A stretch of 64,000 bases of DNA from Octopus sinensis (Eukaryota): NCBI RefSeq assembly GCF_006345805.1, contig NC_043011.1, positions 26,424,464-26,488,463 of the forward strand. The letters run 5' to 3'. Under the pieces are notes generated by a model. It searched no databases. It was not told the origin of the DNA and worked only from the letters and a program-made list of their open reading frames with translations. Positions 26,529 to 37,422 of this stretch are shown here, piece by piece (the first letter of the stretch is position 1; the number at the start of each line of letters is the position of its first letter). The translations under genes were made by a program, and so were the position numbers.

Positions 26529-27509
26529 ACACACACACAAAGGCTTACGGACTTCCACACAGTTTCTGAACTTACCAAATTCCCTCACAAGTAGTGATCA
26601 CAGTAGAAGACCCAAGATCCCACTTGCCCAAGGGGCTGCGCAATGGCTGAACCTGAAACAACGTGATTGCAAAGCAAACTTCTTAAGCACCCAGCCATGC
26701 CTGTGGTATACTATGTGAATAGTTGATAGAATCAGAGTGGCAGTTGATCCACTGGAGCTAGCTAGCGCTTTACAAAGATGACGGACTAATTATACTACTA
26801 CGATGGGACCGTTCCAATAATGAGAGATTGAATGGAACAAATAAACATCAGAAGGATAGAGACACAACTGCATGAGAATGGTTAGAGAACATTTATTGAT
26901 GTAATAACATGTGTGTCTGTGTATGCGTCATGTATACAGAATAATAGACAGGCCGTCATGAGGACAAAATATATGTGTGCGTGTAGGCATAAAGGTATGC
27001 GTATGTTAAGAACATATAAGAATAGCAATGAAGGAAACAGTGAAAGAGTACATGAGCCATGGAAGTGAGAAGTTCATAGACACAACAAAGATGAATAGTA
27101 CCAGTTCGTAGTCATTCGTATACGGTGTTTGAAAAATTGTATCAAGAAGTTGCGGCCATGGTATTTAGCCGGTTACAGGTACAGCTACGTGAAGTCGCGG
27201 CTGTGATGCTGCTGCCTGGGGCACTTGATACAGGAGTTCATGCAGGTTGTATATTCGCTGTTGATCCGTGGTGAACTTGGGCAAATTGCTTGCCACGCTG
27301 TGTACGAAGATATATGATGTTGACGACGTTGAGAAGGACATAATGGTAGCGACAAAGAAGGAGATTACGGTAATACTGCAGGACGAAGTTGGTAAGTCTC
27401 AAAACATAGCTGTGGTGGTGTTGTCGCCGGAACTGGCTGTGTCTTTGTGGTCAGTGGCTAGACCTGAAAAGGTCTAGAATCAAAGACTCCGGAACGAGGA
27501 GAAGCTGAG

Positions 27510-27928
27510 GGATCTTTTCGGTTTGAATGGCAGTTTTTAACATAATTTCTAGGTAACTAAAAATTTTAAACTTCGTATACTGGTAGAATGTGTTTATAAA
27601 ACATCTTTTTCTCTTGGTTTTATTGAGAAAATTCTATGGTTTGTAAGATATTTGTTGTTTTTTTCTTCAATTTCTGCAATTTCAACCAATCAATGACGTC
27701 CATTGAGGTAAAAAAAAAACATTCTGTGCCATATGAATATGTCCTTCGTTTAAGAAACAGATTGGGTTTATTTACATTTGTGAAGAAAAAAAGATATCCT
27801 TCCCCCCACCCCTAACCCTAACCCTAAAACTGATTGAAATGCAATAGATCGATACTAGGGTCATAATTATGGGTGACAATTTCATATGACACCGCTAGAA
27901 AAAACTGCCATTCAAACCGAAAAGATCC
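27510..27928. mobile_element. 419-bp non-autonomous DNA transposon (MITE), Merlin-like termini
   Basis: Perfect 29-bp TIRs ggatcttttcggtttgaatggcagttttt; exact 8-bp TSD aagctgag (27502-27509 and 27929-27936); GG termini with 8-bp TSD fit Merlin (assignment inferred). Confidence 0.85.
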
Positions 27929-28506
27929 AAGCTGAGTTTTTATAAGGAACTGTAGGTTCAGACAAGATAGTGAACAGGCTGTCCCACGTGATTCTATTTA
28001 GGGCCTTCGACTCGCTATACATAGCAAGTTGGAGCAATCAGGTAAGAGACAAATTGCGCCAATACCAACCAATCAGAGTAGTGGACACAACAGGCTCCAA
28101 ATAGCGGCCAAAGGCTAGCTGTTCCCTGCGACGTTCGAATGCACGTTTATATAATAAAGGGAGAGAGGAACTTCACCTGATTCTACACAACACTACATAA
28201 TTAAAATGGGCACTAACTAGATTGGTTTCAACAAGATCTAACTGATACGTTCTAAACTTTAATAATTATCGTCGGTACAAGTATCAGCATTGTTAATTTC
28301 TTCGGGTTCTGAAAAGTACAACTCATATAGAAAATCGAACGGGACCTTACATAGATTTACAAATACTCCAGCTGTGTTCTAGTCGTTTTAAAAGGCTTGC
28401 CAAACAATATTACTAAACGAATATCAGACCTAGCCAACAGAGAATCTTTTAAGTACACCATTGAATACTGATTTCAAATTTTGATAAATTCGGCAGAGGA
28501 AGTAAG

Positions 28507-28710
28507 TCGATGAAGGAAGCCGTGACAAGGGTCTTGGACAGTTTCACTTTGGAGGACTTCTGTGAGGCCTTCACGAAGTAGGTGAAACGCTACAACCAAT
28601 GCATCAAGTCAGAAGATCTTACTTTGAAGGCGATTAGAGTTTTCGTACTTCTTTAAAATTATTAAATGCCTCTCCTGGCAAAGTCTCAAACTTCTGGAAT
28701 GCATCTTGTA
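28507..28710 (+). mobile_element. Mariner 3'-end fragment
   Basis: Remnant ..AF.K.V.RY..CI....YFE followed by a TIR-like end gtctcaaacttctggaatgcatcttg-TA. Confidence 0.5.
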
Positions 28711-29309
28711 CTAGGTGCAAAAAGAAATAAGCGATAGAACACCAGACAATAATCTTTCTAGTGTATGTGTGTGTGTGTGTGTATCTGTGTGTGTAGTGGA
28801 TCTTGCAGCCATGGTGCGGATTCGATCCTCGATAGCCAAATTTCAATTAACAGTTCAACAGCACTTTTTCTCGCGGTAAAACGTGACGATGCAGTTTGGA
28901 ACGCTGACATTCTAGGATTTTAGTTGCTTTCTCATTGCTCCTGCATGCTAGCACCTCCACCCTCTGCAAGCGACCCACCGCTCTTGCAGGCTTACAACAC
29001 TAGCCTCTGCAAGTGACCTACCGCTCCTGCAGACTAACAACACCTTTTTTCCACTACAAGCGACTCACTGCCCTTGTAGGCAAAGTCTTGGCACTGCTCG
29101 TGTCTCAGCAGCCAACATTGCATCTCCAACACTTTGACTTATGCATTCTGTGATTTCCAGTTTCCTGGACAGTTGTTATCACGTTTGCATGTCAGACTTT
29201 TTATGTCTAAGACTATTTACATTTCTTAATTTTGCCTCGCCAGTAACTGTTCCGGGGAATAGGCATATGTTGTTATAGACACCGCATTCACATTTTCTCG
29301 CTTTCTGGA

Positions 29310-29662
29310 TCATCTCTCTATATATAAACGGCAGTTTGTCTGTGTGTGTTTCTGTGTGCCCTGACCACGGCTTTCAACCGGTTCTGATGAAACTTGACAC
29401 ACACATAGCCCAATGTCATAATTCAAAACTAAAGCAGCGAAAATTTTGAAAAGTTCCTCCAGTTCTGAAAAAAATCGATAAATTCGACATGGGGTCGAGA
29501 ATCAGAAACACAAACCACAGACTGTCTAGGGGACGTAACTCGACCTTTTTAACTAAAAAAAATTTACCATCATTTTTTTTCCATTTTTTGGCTATAACTC
29601 TCTAAAAATGCTTTATAGTTATTTCCCTTACAAACCCGAGAAACGCCGGGCGATACTGCTAG
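29310..29662 (+). mobile_element. Non-autonomous Helitron
   Basis: A|TC start; 3' hairpin cccgagaaacgccggg then CTAG|T; last about 80 bp shared with the 14.7-kb copy. Confidence 0.75.
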
Positions 29663-31225
29663 TTGTACATATATGCTTCGTTCTATTTGATTGGACACCT
29701 TTCTTTGCTGAACTTTTTCCTTGTACATACTTGCATTGGATTTCTTTTCTTTCTTTTTTTTTTTCAATTTCACTTGTTCATACAACTTCCTTCCTTCCTT
29801 CCTTCCTTCTCGAGCCATCTCTGGCTCATAAAGGCCGGTTTCCCAATTTCCTTGGCGTATAGGTTCCCCACCTGGACGGGACGCCAGTCCATCGCAAGTG
29901 AGCTGCAAGATACGGGAGGAAAGAATGATAGAAAGTTGTGGCGAAAGAGTCAGCAGAAGTTCGCCATTACCTTCTGCTGGAGCCGCGTGGAGCTTAGGTG
30001 TTTCGCTCATAAACACACACATCGCCCGGTCTGAAATTCGAACCCGTGAATCCCTCGACCGTGAGTCCGCTGCTTTAACCACTAGGCCATGTGCCTCCAC
30101 TGTTCATACAACTGTTTTGCCATGGATCGTTCTTCTGTGCCCTCCTAGAACACACCTACTCCGCCTACATTACTCTTAATCGATCGCTTACGGTCTAAGG
30201 GGAGGCTCTGTAGGCGCAGTTACCTCCCTTGACGACGGCTGCCTAATTATTTGAGCAATAAAGGGAATTACGCAACATTAAGGTTCGGAGACTCATCTCT
30301 CTCTCTTTCTGCATTGGGATGCGAGACTGTGAAAACGTAATCTAGTTGGCTCTCTCTCTCTCACACGATACGCCAGCAAGCAGATAGGAGGCAACGCACA
30401 GGAGACCATGGTCCTCCACGCATCAAACCAATTTTTATTTATCATTCAGCTTGTATATATGTGTGACCACATTAAAGGTATTTAAAGTCACAGCCTTGTT
30501 TTATATATTCTTTATACTGCGTTTCCTGTCAAATGAGATTAAAGCCTTCTGAGTAGAGTCACATTAGATGGTTCAACCTATTCAACTAGAGGTGCTTTTG
30601 GCGGAGTGCTTTAGTTACAAATATTTGGGCAAGTCATCAATTTGAGAACACCTTCCACCCACTGGTCATGGAAGTGTTGTAAAAGGTCAAGGATACTGCC
30701 TTTCTCTCTTGACTAAGCGATTTTTTGAAATGGCATTGTGAATTAAATACTAACTAACCTAATGAGGCAAATACGATAACTTTGATTAAATAAGGCTATA
30801 GCGATATTTGTGAAGAGGTAAACATCGTTGAACAATGTCTAAATAAACAAAGCAAAGGCAAAAGAGACAACTCAAAACAAAATATTTCTTTGGTATGAGT
30901 TGACACATAAGAAATTACAATTAAAATTGGAGATTGGTGGTGGTGTGGAGAAGTATATTCTGATCTTTGGCAAACATGATGTGCAGTTTGTATAAATATT
31001 GAGTAGACAAATGCTTTAAGATGTGGTGAAACTTTAGGTGTACTATATGTCATCTGCAAAAACAATGAAGCACTGATGACCGCGGACTATTCAGATGGTA
31101 TCGGTATCTTTTGCCAAACCGATTACTTACTGAGACGTAAACACACCAACATTGGCTGTTAAGCGGTGGTAGGGACAAACACAGATAAAAACACACACAC
31201 ACACGCACTCACACATATATATATG

Positions 31226-31319
<94 letters not shown>

Positions 31320-31335
31320 TAGTGGGTAGCGATTT

Positions 31336-31397
31336 TCTTCAGTTATCCGACCATCGGAAAAAATGAGCATTTTTTCCGATGGCCGGATAACTGAAGA
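31336..31397. repeat. Palindrome with 30-bp arms, 2-nt spacer, 1 mismatch, overlapping the 5' end of the 31386 hammerhead
   Basis: tcttcagttatccgaccatcggaaaaaatg-ag-cattttttccgatggccggataactgaaga. Confidence 0.95.
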
Positions 31398-31446
31398 GAT
31401 AGCGGTGTGGACTTCCACCCCGGCATCCGAAACTCGGAGTTTTATC
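31386..31446 (+). ncRNA. Type-I hammerhead-like fold
   Basis: GATAA-CTGAAGA-(imperfect stem II ending ccggcatcc)-GAA-ACTC g GAGT-T-TTATC: 5-bp stem I, near-palindromic stem III, GUU triplet. Confidence 0.6.
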
Positions 31447-31675
31447 ATGGCTACCGAATAATTGTCACATATTACATTTACAGATAAATTCCTCTATTTA
31501 CATAATATTGAGGTCTCATTCTTTTGTTGTCTTACCATTTTGATCAATATATGTATGTATGTATATATATATATATATAAGTTCAGCAAAATTTAGATTC
31601 AGATGAACATGGTACTTAAGTTAAAAGCACCAGAATTTTGTATGCTATTATCCATATAAATCAAATGGGGTGATT

Positions 31676-32216
31676 ATAATCAAAATAAGCAACAAGTATA
31701 TCCAAGTAGAGTAGTACAATTGTTTCATGCTACTTCATTTTATTAAACACTGTAAGTATTACATCAATTTTAAAATGTCGAGCAATCTTCAGCCACTTAT
31801 AGAATTTTCCAATTAAACGGACAATGCACATTCTTATCCCTATTTCATTTGCCAACATTATAAAGAGGGTAGATATATAGACAGAGAGTTTGATTTCATT
31901 CTTAAGAACATGATAGTAATATGTTCACTCTCCGTCAGTAGATAATCTACAGACGGAGAGTGAACATATTACTATCATGTTCTTAAGAATGAAATCAAGC
32001 TCTCTGTCTATATATCTACCCTCTTTATAATGTTGGCAAATGAAATAGGGATAAGAAATAGGGATAAGAATGTGCATTGTCCGTTTAATTGGAAAATTCT
32101 ATAAGTGGCTGAAGATTGCTAGACATTTTAAAATTGATGTAATACTTACAGTGTTTAATAAAATGAAACAATTGTACTACTCTACCTTGGATATACTTGT
32201 TGCTTATTTTAATTAT
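31676..32216. repeat. Fold-back palindrome with about 260-bp arms
   Basis: 31676-31936 versus 31952-32216; the right arm has a 13-nt duplication (aaatagggataag), a 10-nt deletion and a few point differences; ends in (AT)n. Confidence 0.95.
31710..31797 (-). ncRNA. Type-I hammerhead-like fold (damaged mirror copy on plus strand at 32104-32181)
   Basis: Minus strand AGTGG-CTGAAGA-T-TGCT...AGCA-T-GAA-ACAATTGT-A-CTACT: 5-bp stem I, palindromic stem III, GUA triplet; U.U at the base of stem II. Confidence 0.6.
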
Positions 32217-32234
32217 ATATATATATACATATAT

Positions 32235-32290
<56 letters not shown>

Positions 32291-32824
32291 TATATATACT
32301 AGTGGCTGTATGGTAAGTAGCTGCTTTACCACCACATGGTTCCGGGTTCAGTCCCACTGCGTGGCACCTTGGGCAAATGTCTTCTACTATAGCCTCGGGC
32401 CGACCAAAGCCCGTCGTATATATATATATATGCGTGTGTGTGTGAGTGTTTGTGCATATGTTTGTGTGTCTGTCCCCCCCCCAGCATCGCTTGACAACCG
32501 ATGCTGGTGTGTTCACGTCCCCATAACTTAGCGGCAAGAGACCGATAGAATAAGTACTAGGCGTACAAAGAATAAGTCCTGTGGTCGATTTGCTCAACTA
32601 AAGGCTGTCCTCCAGCATCGCCACAGTCAAATGACTGAAACAATTAAAAGAGTATATATATATATATATATATAAGTAGGTGAATGAATTATCTTAGTAT
32701 GGATAATTCGGTTAACCGATACCTGGGTAGCAAATTCACGTCAGAAAAACACAGTTGAAGCTACATGCCAAGGGCAGAGATCACGTGCTTTCGTGTGGAA
32801 ATTAGTGTATTTTTTTAAATACAA

Positions 32825-33217
32825 ATAAATGAAAGAATGGAGTTGAACGAGGATTTAACAAAATTCCTTTATTCTCGACATATGTTTCGAAGGCTGCATA
32901 TTCCTAATTTCGAAGGAATAAGGGGTGCATTATGCCGCCTTCTCATCAGGAAAAACAAGGAACTTATGTCAGCATCAAGATGAACAAAAGCTCTTAGATG
33001 ACTGCCCACACGGAGCCCACCGCTATGGGCTCCGTGTGGGTAGTCATCTAAGAGCTTTTGTTCATCTTGATGCTGACATAAGTTCCTTGTTTTTCCTGAT
33101 GAGAAGGCGGCATAATGCACCCCTTATTCCTTCGAAATTAGGAATATGCAGCCTTCGAAACATATGTCGAGAATAAAGGAATTTTGTTAAATCCTCGTTC
33201 AACTCCATTCTTTCATT

Positions 33218-33220
<3 letters not shown>
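32825..33220. repeat. Fold-back palindrome: 195-bp arms, 6-nt loop, 1 mismatch
   Basis: 32825-33019 is the reverse complement of 33026-33220 except G33004/T33041; the right arm runs into (AT)n. Confidence 0.97.
33081..33183 (+). ncRNA. Type-I hammerhead ribozyme, canonical core (mirror copy on minus strand at 32862-32964)
   Basis: CTGATGA 33096-33102; stem II gaaggcggcata/tatgcagccttc (11 of 12 paired); GAAA 33157-33160; palindromic stem III ACATATGT; GUC triplet ending 33168; stem I 5 bp + 2x2 loop + 8 bp. Confidence 0.85.
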
Positions 33221-33282
<62 letters not shown>

Positions 33283-33656
33283 TATATACATATATGTATG
33301 TATGTATATATATATATATAGAGAGAGAGAGAGAAAGAGAGAGAGAGACCCATCTCCAATTCCAACTCTGAAACTCCGTTTGAATAAATTAAAGTAAAAT
33401 ATAATTAATGGGAAATAACTCCTTACTACTTATTAATATTAGGCAATATTTTAAATTGCAATGACTATTGATGAAGCGATATTTATTCGCGTGAAACGTT
33501 ATCTGATTTCGCTTAGTTATTGCACATATAATTAACAACATTGTTGACATTCTTCATGAAATAACTGACAGTAGTCCGTGTTAACAAGCTTTTTTTTGTT
33601 TTTTCTCAACATCATAAGCGGCTAGTTCGTTGCTAGAAGGGTCCTTCATATCCAAA

Positions 33657-33758
33657 ATGTCGCTTCAACAACAACAAAAACGCGCCGCTCCTGCGGAATC
33701 GCAACCTCCACAACAACCGCAGCAACAGCAACAACAACAACAGCAGCAGCAACAACAG
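33657..33758 (+). CDS. LSM7: LSm7 coding exon 1 (MSLQQQQKRAAPAESQPPQQP-Q13)
   Basis: ATG in aaaATG context; CAA/CAG tract; donor CAG|GTCATT (weak); phase 0 fits exon 2. Confidence 0.75.
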
Positions 33759-33895
33759 GTCATTATAAATTTAAAATCCTTTTCATTTAGTTTCCATTTT
33801 TGTAAGCCCCTTTATCTTTAGGGAATATAACTTGCAAACACACACATGTCGTTTAACATACAAAATGGAAATGTTTTCTTTCTCTGAAAATGGTC

Positions 33896-33927
<32 letters not shown>

Positions 33928-36541
33928 GTATAGAATTTAATATAAAATATAAATTACAAAGTGGGACAAGAACGCAAAAACACACAAGGAGACGACACAA
34001 AAAACCGACGGGTCACTCGAAGCCTCTAATCTTCAGTCGGGAACCGGATCATCTTAGTGATTTCGGCTGTTTATATATATATATATACTAAGCTTGATGT
34101 TTTGATATAATAAATGTACAATGTTAAAACGGGATTCAATTTAGGAGGTAGAGTAATAATTTCTAATAGATTTGTTGGTTATTCGTTTTCATAAAACTAG
34201 CTCATTTTCCATAATCTACTGTGTCGGTTACTTTGAAACAAGACTCTTATGTAAAATTTCTCATTTTCTTTCGGTATTGGTGCATTAATTATTTGCTATT
34301 GGTACAATTAATTAGTCGTGTTTTTCAGCATAAATTACAGAGTACGGCACGGCTCAAGTGTACCGTGGAGAAAGTCCCGCCAGTCGCAATTTGCCCGTGA
34401 TTGTAATAATGTCTTACGAGAAAATGAAACCAAAGAGAGTACTTGTGCAATGGTCACCGAAGAAACTCAGCAGAATTTTAGAATATTTGTACTTTAAAGT
34501 CGCATATCTTATAGTCTTGCAAATTTTTAGATTTCCTCAATTTCATACTCTTTCCTTCCTTATGAAATATGGTACTCCGAGAGGTAGCCATTCCAAAACT
34601 CCGCCAGAAACTCTTACCAATATATAGCGAAGGAATCGTCTAAAGTACCTCATATTGCTCTATAAATTATACCAAGTCTTGTTTAATCATTGGACCATGT
34701 TCATGTTGTGGCACCACCTTAAAAGGTGTAGTCGGACAAAGTAAATCAGTAGTTCTTTTTTTTTAAGTATGTTTCTTATTGTTATCGAATTCTTTTGTCG
34801 AACCGTAAACAAACTAACACCAGTTGTCAGTTGGGGCAGGGAACACACACACACTCACACATCATCATCGTTTAACGTCCGTTTTCCATGCTAGCATGGG
34901 TTGGACGGTTCGACCGGGATCTGGGAAGCCAGAAGGCTGCACCAGGCTCCAGTCTGATCTGGCAGTGTTACTGCAGCTGGATGCCCTTCCTAACGCCAAC
35001 CACTCCGTGAGTGTAGTGGGTGTTTTTTACGTGCCACCGGCACAGGTGCCAGGCGAGGCTGGCAACGGCCACGCTTCATTCAGTTTCTGTTTACCAAACT
35101 CACAACTTATTACTAAGCTCAGTACTGTGCTAGAAGATACTTGCCCAAGGTACTGTGTTGTGGGATTGAACCTGAAATGCCCCAATTGTTAGTATTAGTA
35201 ACAAAATAACGACACTAAGGAGACTAGAGGTAGAGTAGTGAATCTGAAACTTAAATTGCAGTACAGAATTCAAAACTAATTCATTGAATCTGAAACCTAA
35301 TTAAAGTACCAATACTGAAAGAATACCAAATTTCTTTAAGTAAGAAAGTAGAGTTATTAAAATTGTCCAAAAAAAAAAAAAAAAACGAACATCAATATCT
35401 GGATTTTGCCTGGTAAGATTTGAACTTGGAACTGTGCTTAGATCTAGTTTCTGATAAAACATCCAGTTCCATGTTCAACAATAGTAGTTTCACACATACT
35501 GTGTTGTATACTTTCTCTTTACACCCCCCTCACCCCCCACCAACCACCACCGAAATTAGCAATAAAGTGCATTCAAAAGCATATTTAGTTTGTCAGAAGA
35601 GACATCATCATTATCAACATTTAACATCCGTCTTCCATGCATACATGGGTAGGACGGTTGACAGGAACTGGCCAGGTAGAAGACTACCTCAGGCTACTGT
35701 GTCTCTGTTTTGGCAAGGTTTTTACAGCCAGATGCCTTTCCTAGCAGCAACCTCTCTGCAGAGTGGATTGAGTGCTTTTTACATGGTACAAGCACAGGCA
35801 AGGTCAGTCTTGGCATGATCTTTACAGCTGGATCCCCGTCCAAATGCCAACCACTTTACAATGTAGACTATATGCTTTTTACATGGCACCAACACTGGCA
35901 GGGCCACCAAGTAAATTGCCAGAAAAGGAATTTTGAGAGGGGAGGGGGCATTGGAGGAGGAAATCTTGTGTCAGATGATAATAGGTTTGAGTGTGACAGG
36001 GAGACAGAAACAGGTGTATTGCTATAGAGGAGGTACGTGGTTACCCAGCCAGAGAGAGGTACAAGAAATGAAAAAAAGGTGACATCTAATGCAAAGTATT
36101 GAAAAGCAGGATTTTTTAAAAGTCTTACTTAGAACTCTGGTTCTTAGTAAGTCTCATTTATGATGTTCAGGTACTGGCTTATCTCAATGTTGTCCGAAAG
36201 AAGAAAGAACTGGGGTCGAAATAAAGGGCAATTCAGTAATTGATGATTGTTAATGATCAAAATGTAAAAATTAAAAAAACTGGTTACAAATGAAGTTCTA
36301 GGGAGATATATTCTTAGGGAAGAGAGACTAGTTAAATATTTAAGGTGGAAGTAAAAATGCAATGGTTTTGAGGACAGGAAATTGGGTAAGTGTAAACATG
36401 TTTACATTCAATTGTACCCTGAATAAAATCAACAGTTGTTCCATGATTTTTGTTTATTTTATTTATTATTTTTTTTTATCCTTAACATATCTGGCTTTGA
36501 TAACTTTTTATTTCACCAGTTTGTTTATTCTGTTCCAACAG

Positions 36542-36647
36542 TCTGTTACTGACAAGAACAAAGAACGGAAAAGAAAGGAGACTATCTTAGATTTGTCTAA
36601 ATACTTGGACAAAGGAATTCGCGTAAAGTTCAGTGGCGGCAGGGAAG
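36542..36647 (+). CDS. LSM7: LSm7 coding exon 2 (SVTDKNKERKRKETILDLSKYLDKGIRVKFSGGRE)
   Basis: Near-identical to recalled human KKKKESILDLSKYIDKTIRVKFQGGRE; acceptor ctgttccaacag, donor G|GTAACA; 106 nt, phase 0 to 1. Confidence 0.96.
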
Positions 36648-37202
36648 GTAACATCTTATTTCTTACTAAATATTGTTCTGTTTTCTTTTACACCATGTTA
36701 TTAATCTGATGCTAAATCATTGCCACATTAAAAGCACTGGTACTGGTGTCACATAAAAAGCACCTAATACACTCTGTGGAGTGGTTAGTGTTAGGAGGAG
36801 CATTCAAGCATAGAAATCACCTTAACAATGGAGCGTGGTCTTGCCAGCTCTGGTCAAGCCGTCCAACCCATGCCAGCATGGAAAACTGACATTAAATGAT
36901 GATAATGATGACTGATTGGTGGACCATTGATCTCATCATGTAGTATATCAACCTGACAGTACTTACTTAAGAGAAAATATTTAAATTCAATGCCTATTTT
37001 ATGATGTTCCTGCAGTTTTCATCCGTGAACTGTCTCATGTATTTACAACTGGCTGGACTATAAAGAGATGGATATGTTTGTGGACACACTATGCTATTCA
37101 TGACAAGCTGTGAACCACTAATCTTCTAGCTATTAATCATATTTTCAACTCACCTCACTGAGATTCTCCATTCTTATATGAATTATTAAAAGTAGTTTTT
37201 AA

Positions 37203-37422
37203 CCCTTTTGTTATCAACCCGGCTGAAACCAGCTCTGGCTCTGAGTACAAATGGCTTGTTTTCATAAGTTTTGAATTAAAATCTTCCACCAAACCTTAGT
37301 CACAATTTATGATCCTAACACTAGCTGAATGATAGCTAAGTTATTTTACTAAGTTCTTTGTTATATTTAAAGTAATTGAAAGAAACACAGAGCATCTCAA
37401 AATAAATACAGTAACAAAAGGG
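37203..37422 (+). mobile_element. piggyBac-like MITE in LSM7 intron 2
   Basis: TTAA on both sides; perfect 11-bp TIR cccttttgtta/taacaaaaggg. Confidence 0.85.

Noticed and set aside
26702-28192. TG...CA bounded, GC-richer segments (also 30170-30420) as possible LTRs
   Set aside because: No paired LTR, primer-binding site, TSD or gag/pol motif found.
32869-33176. Twin 83-aa ORFs on opposite strands (MHYAAFSSGKTRNL...)
   Set aside because: Mirror artefact of the 195-bp palindrome; no recognisable protein.
34020-34072. Minus-strand GAAA-atca(ctaaga)tgat-C ... CTGAAGA in a 150-bp (AT)n-flanked insert in LSm7 intron 1
   Set aside because: Stem III is plausible but stems I and II cannot be closed; possibly a truncated half ribozyme, not called.
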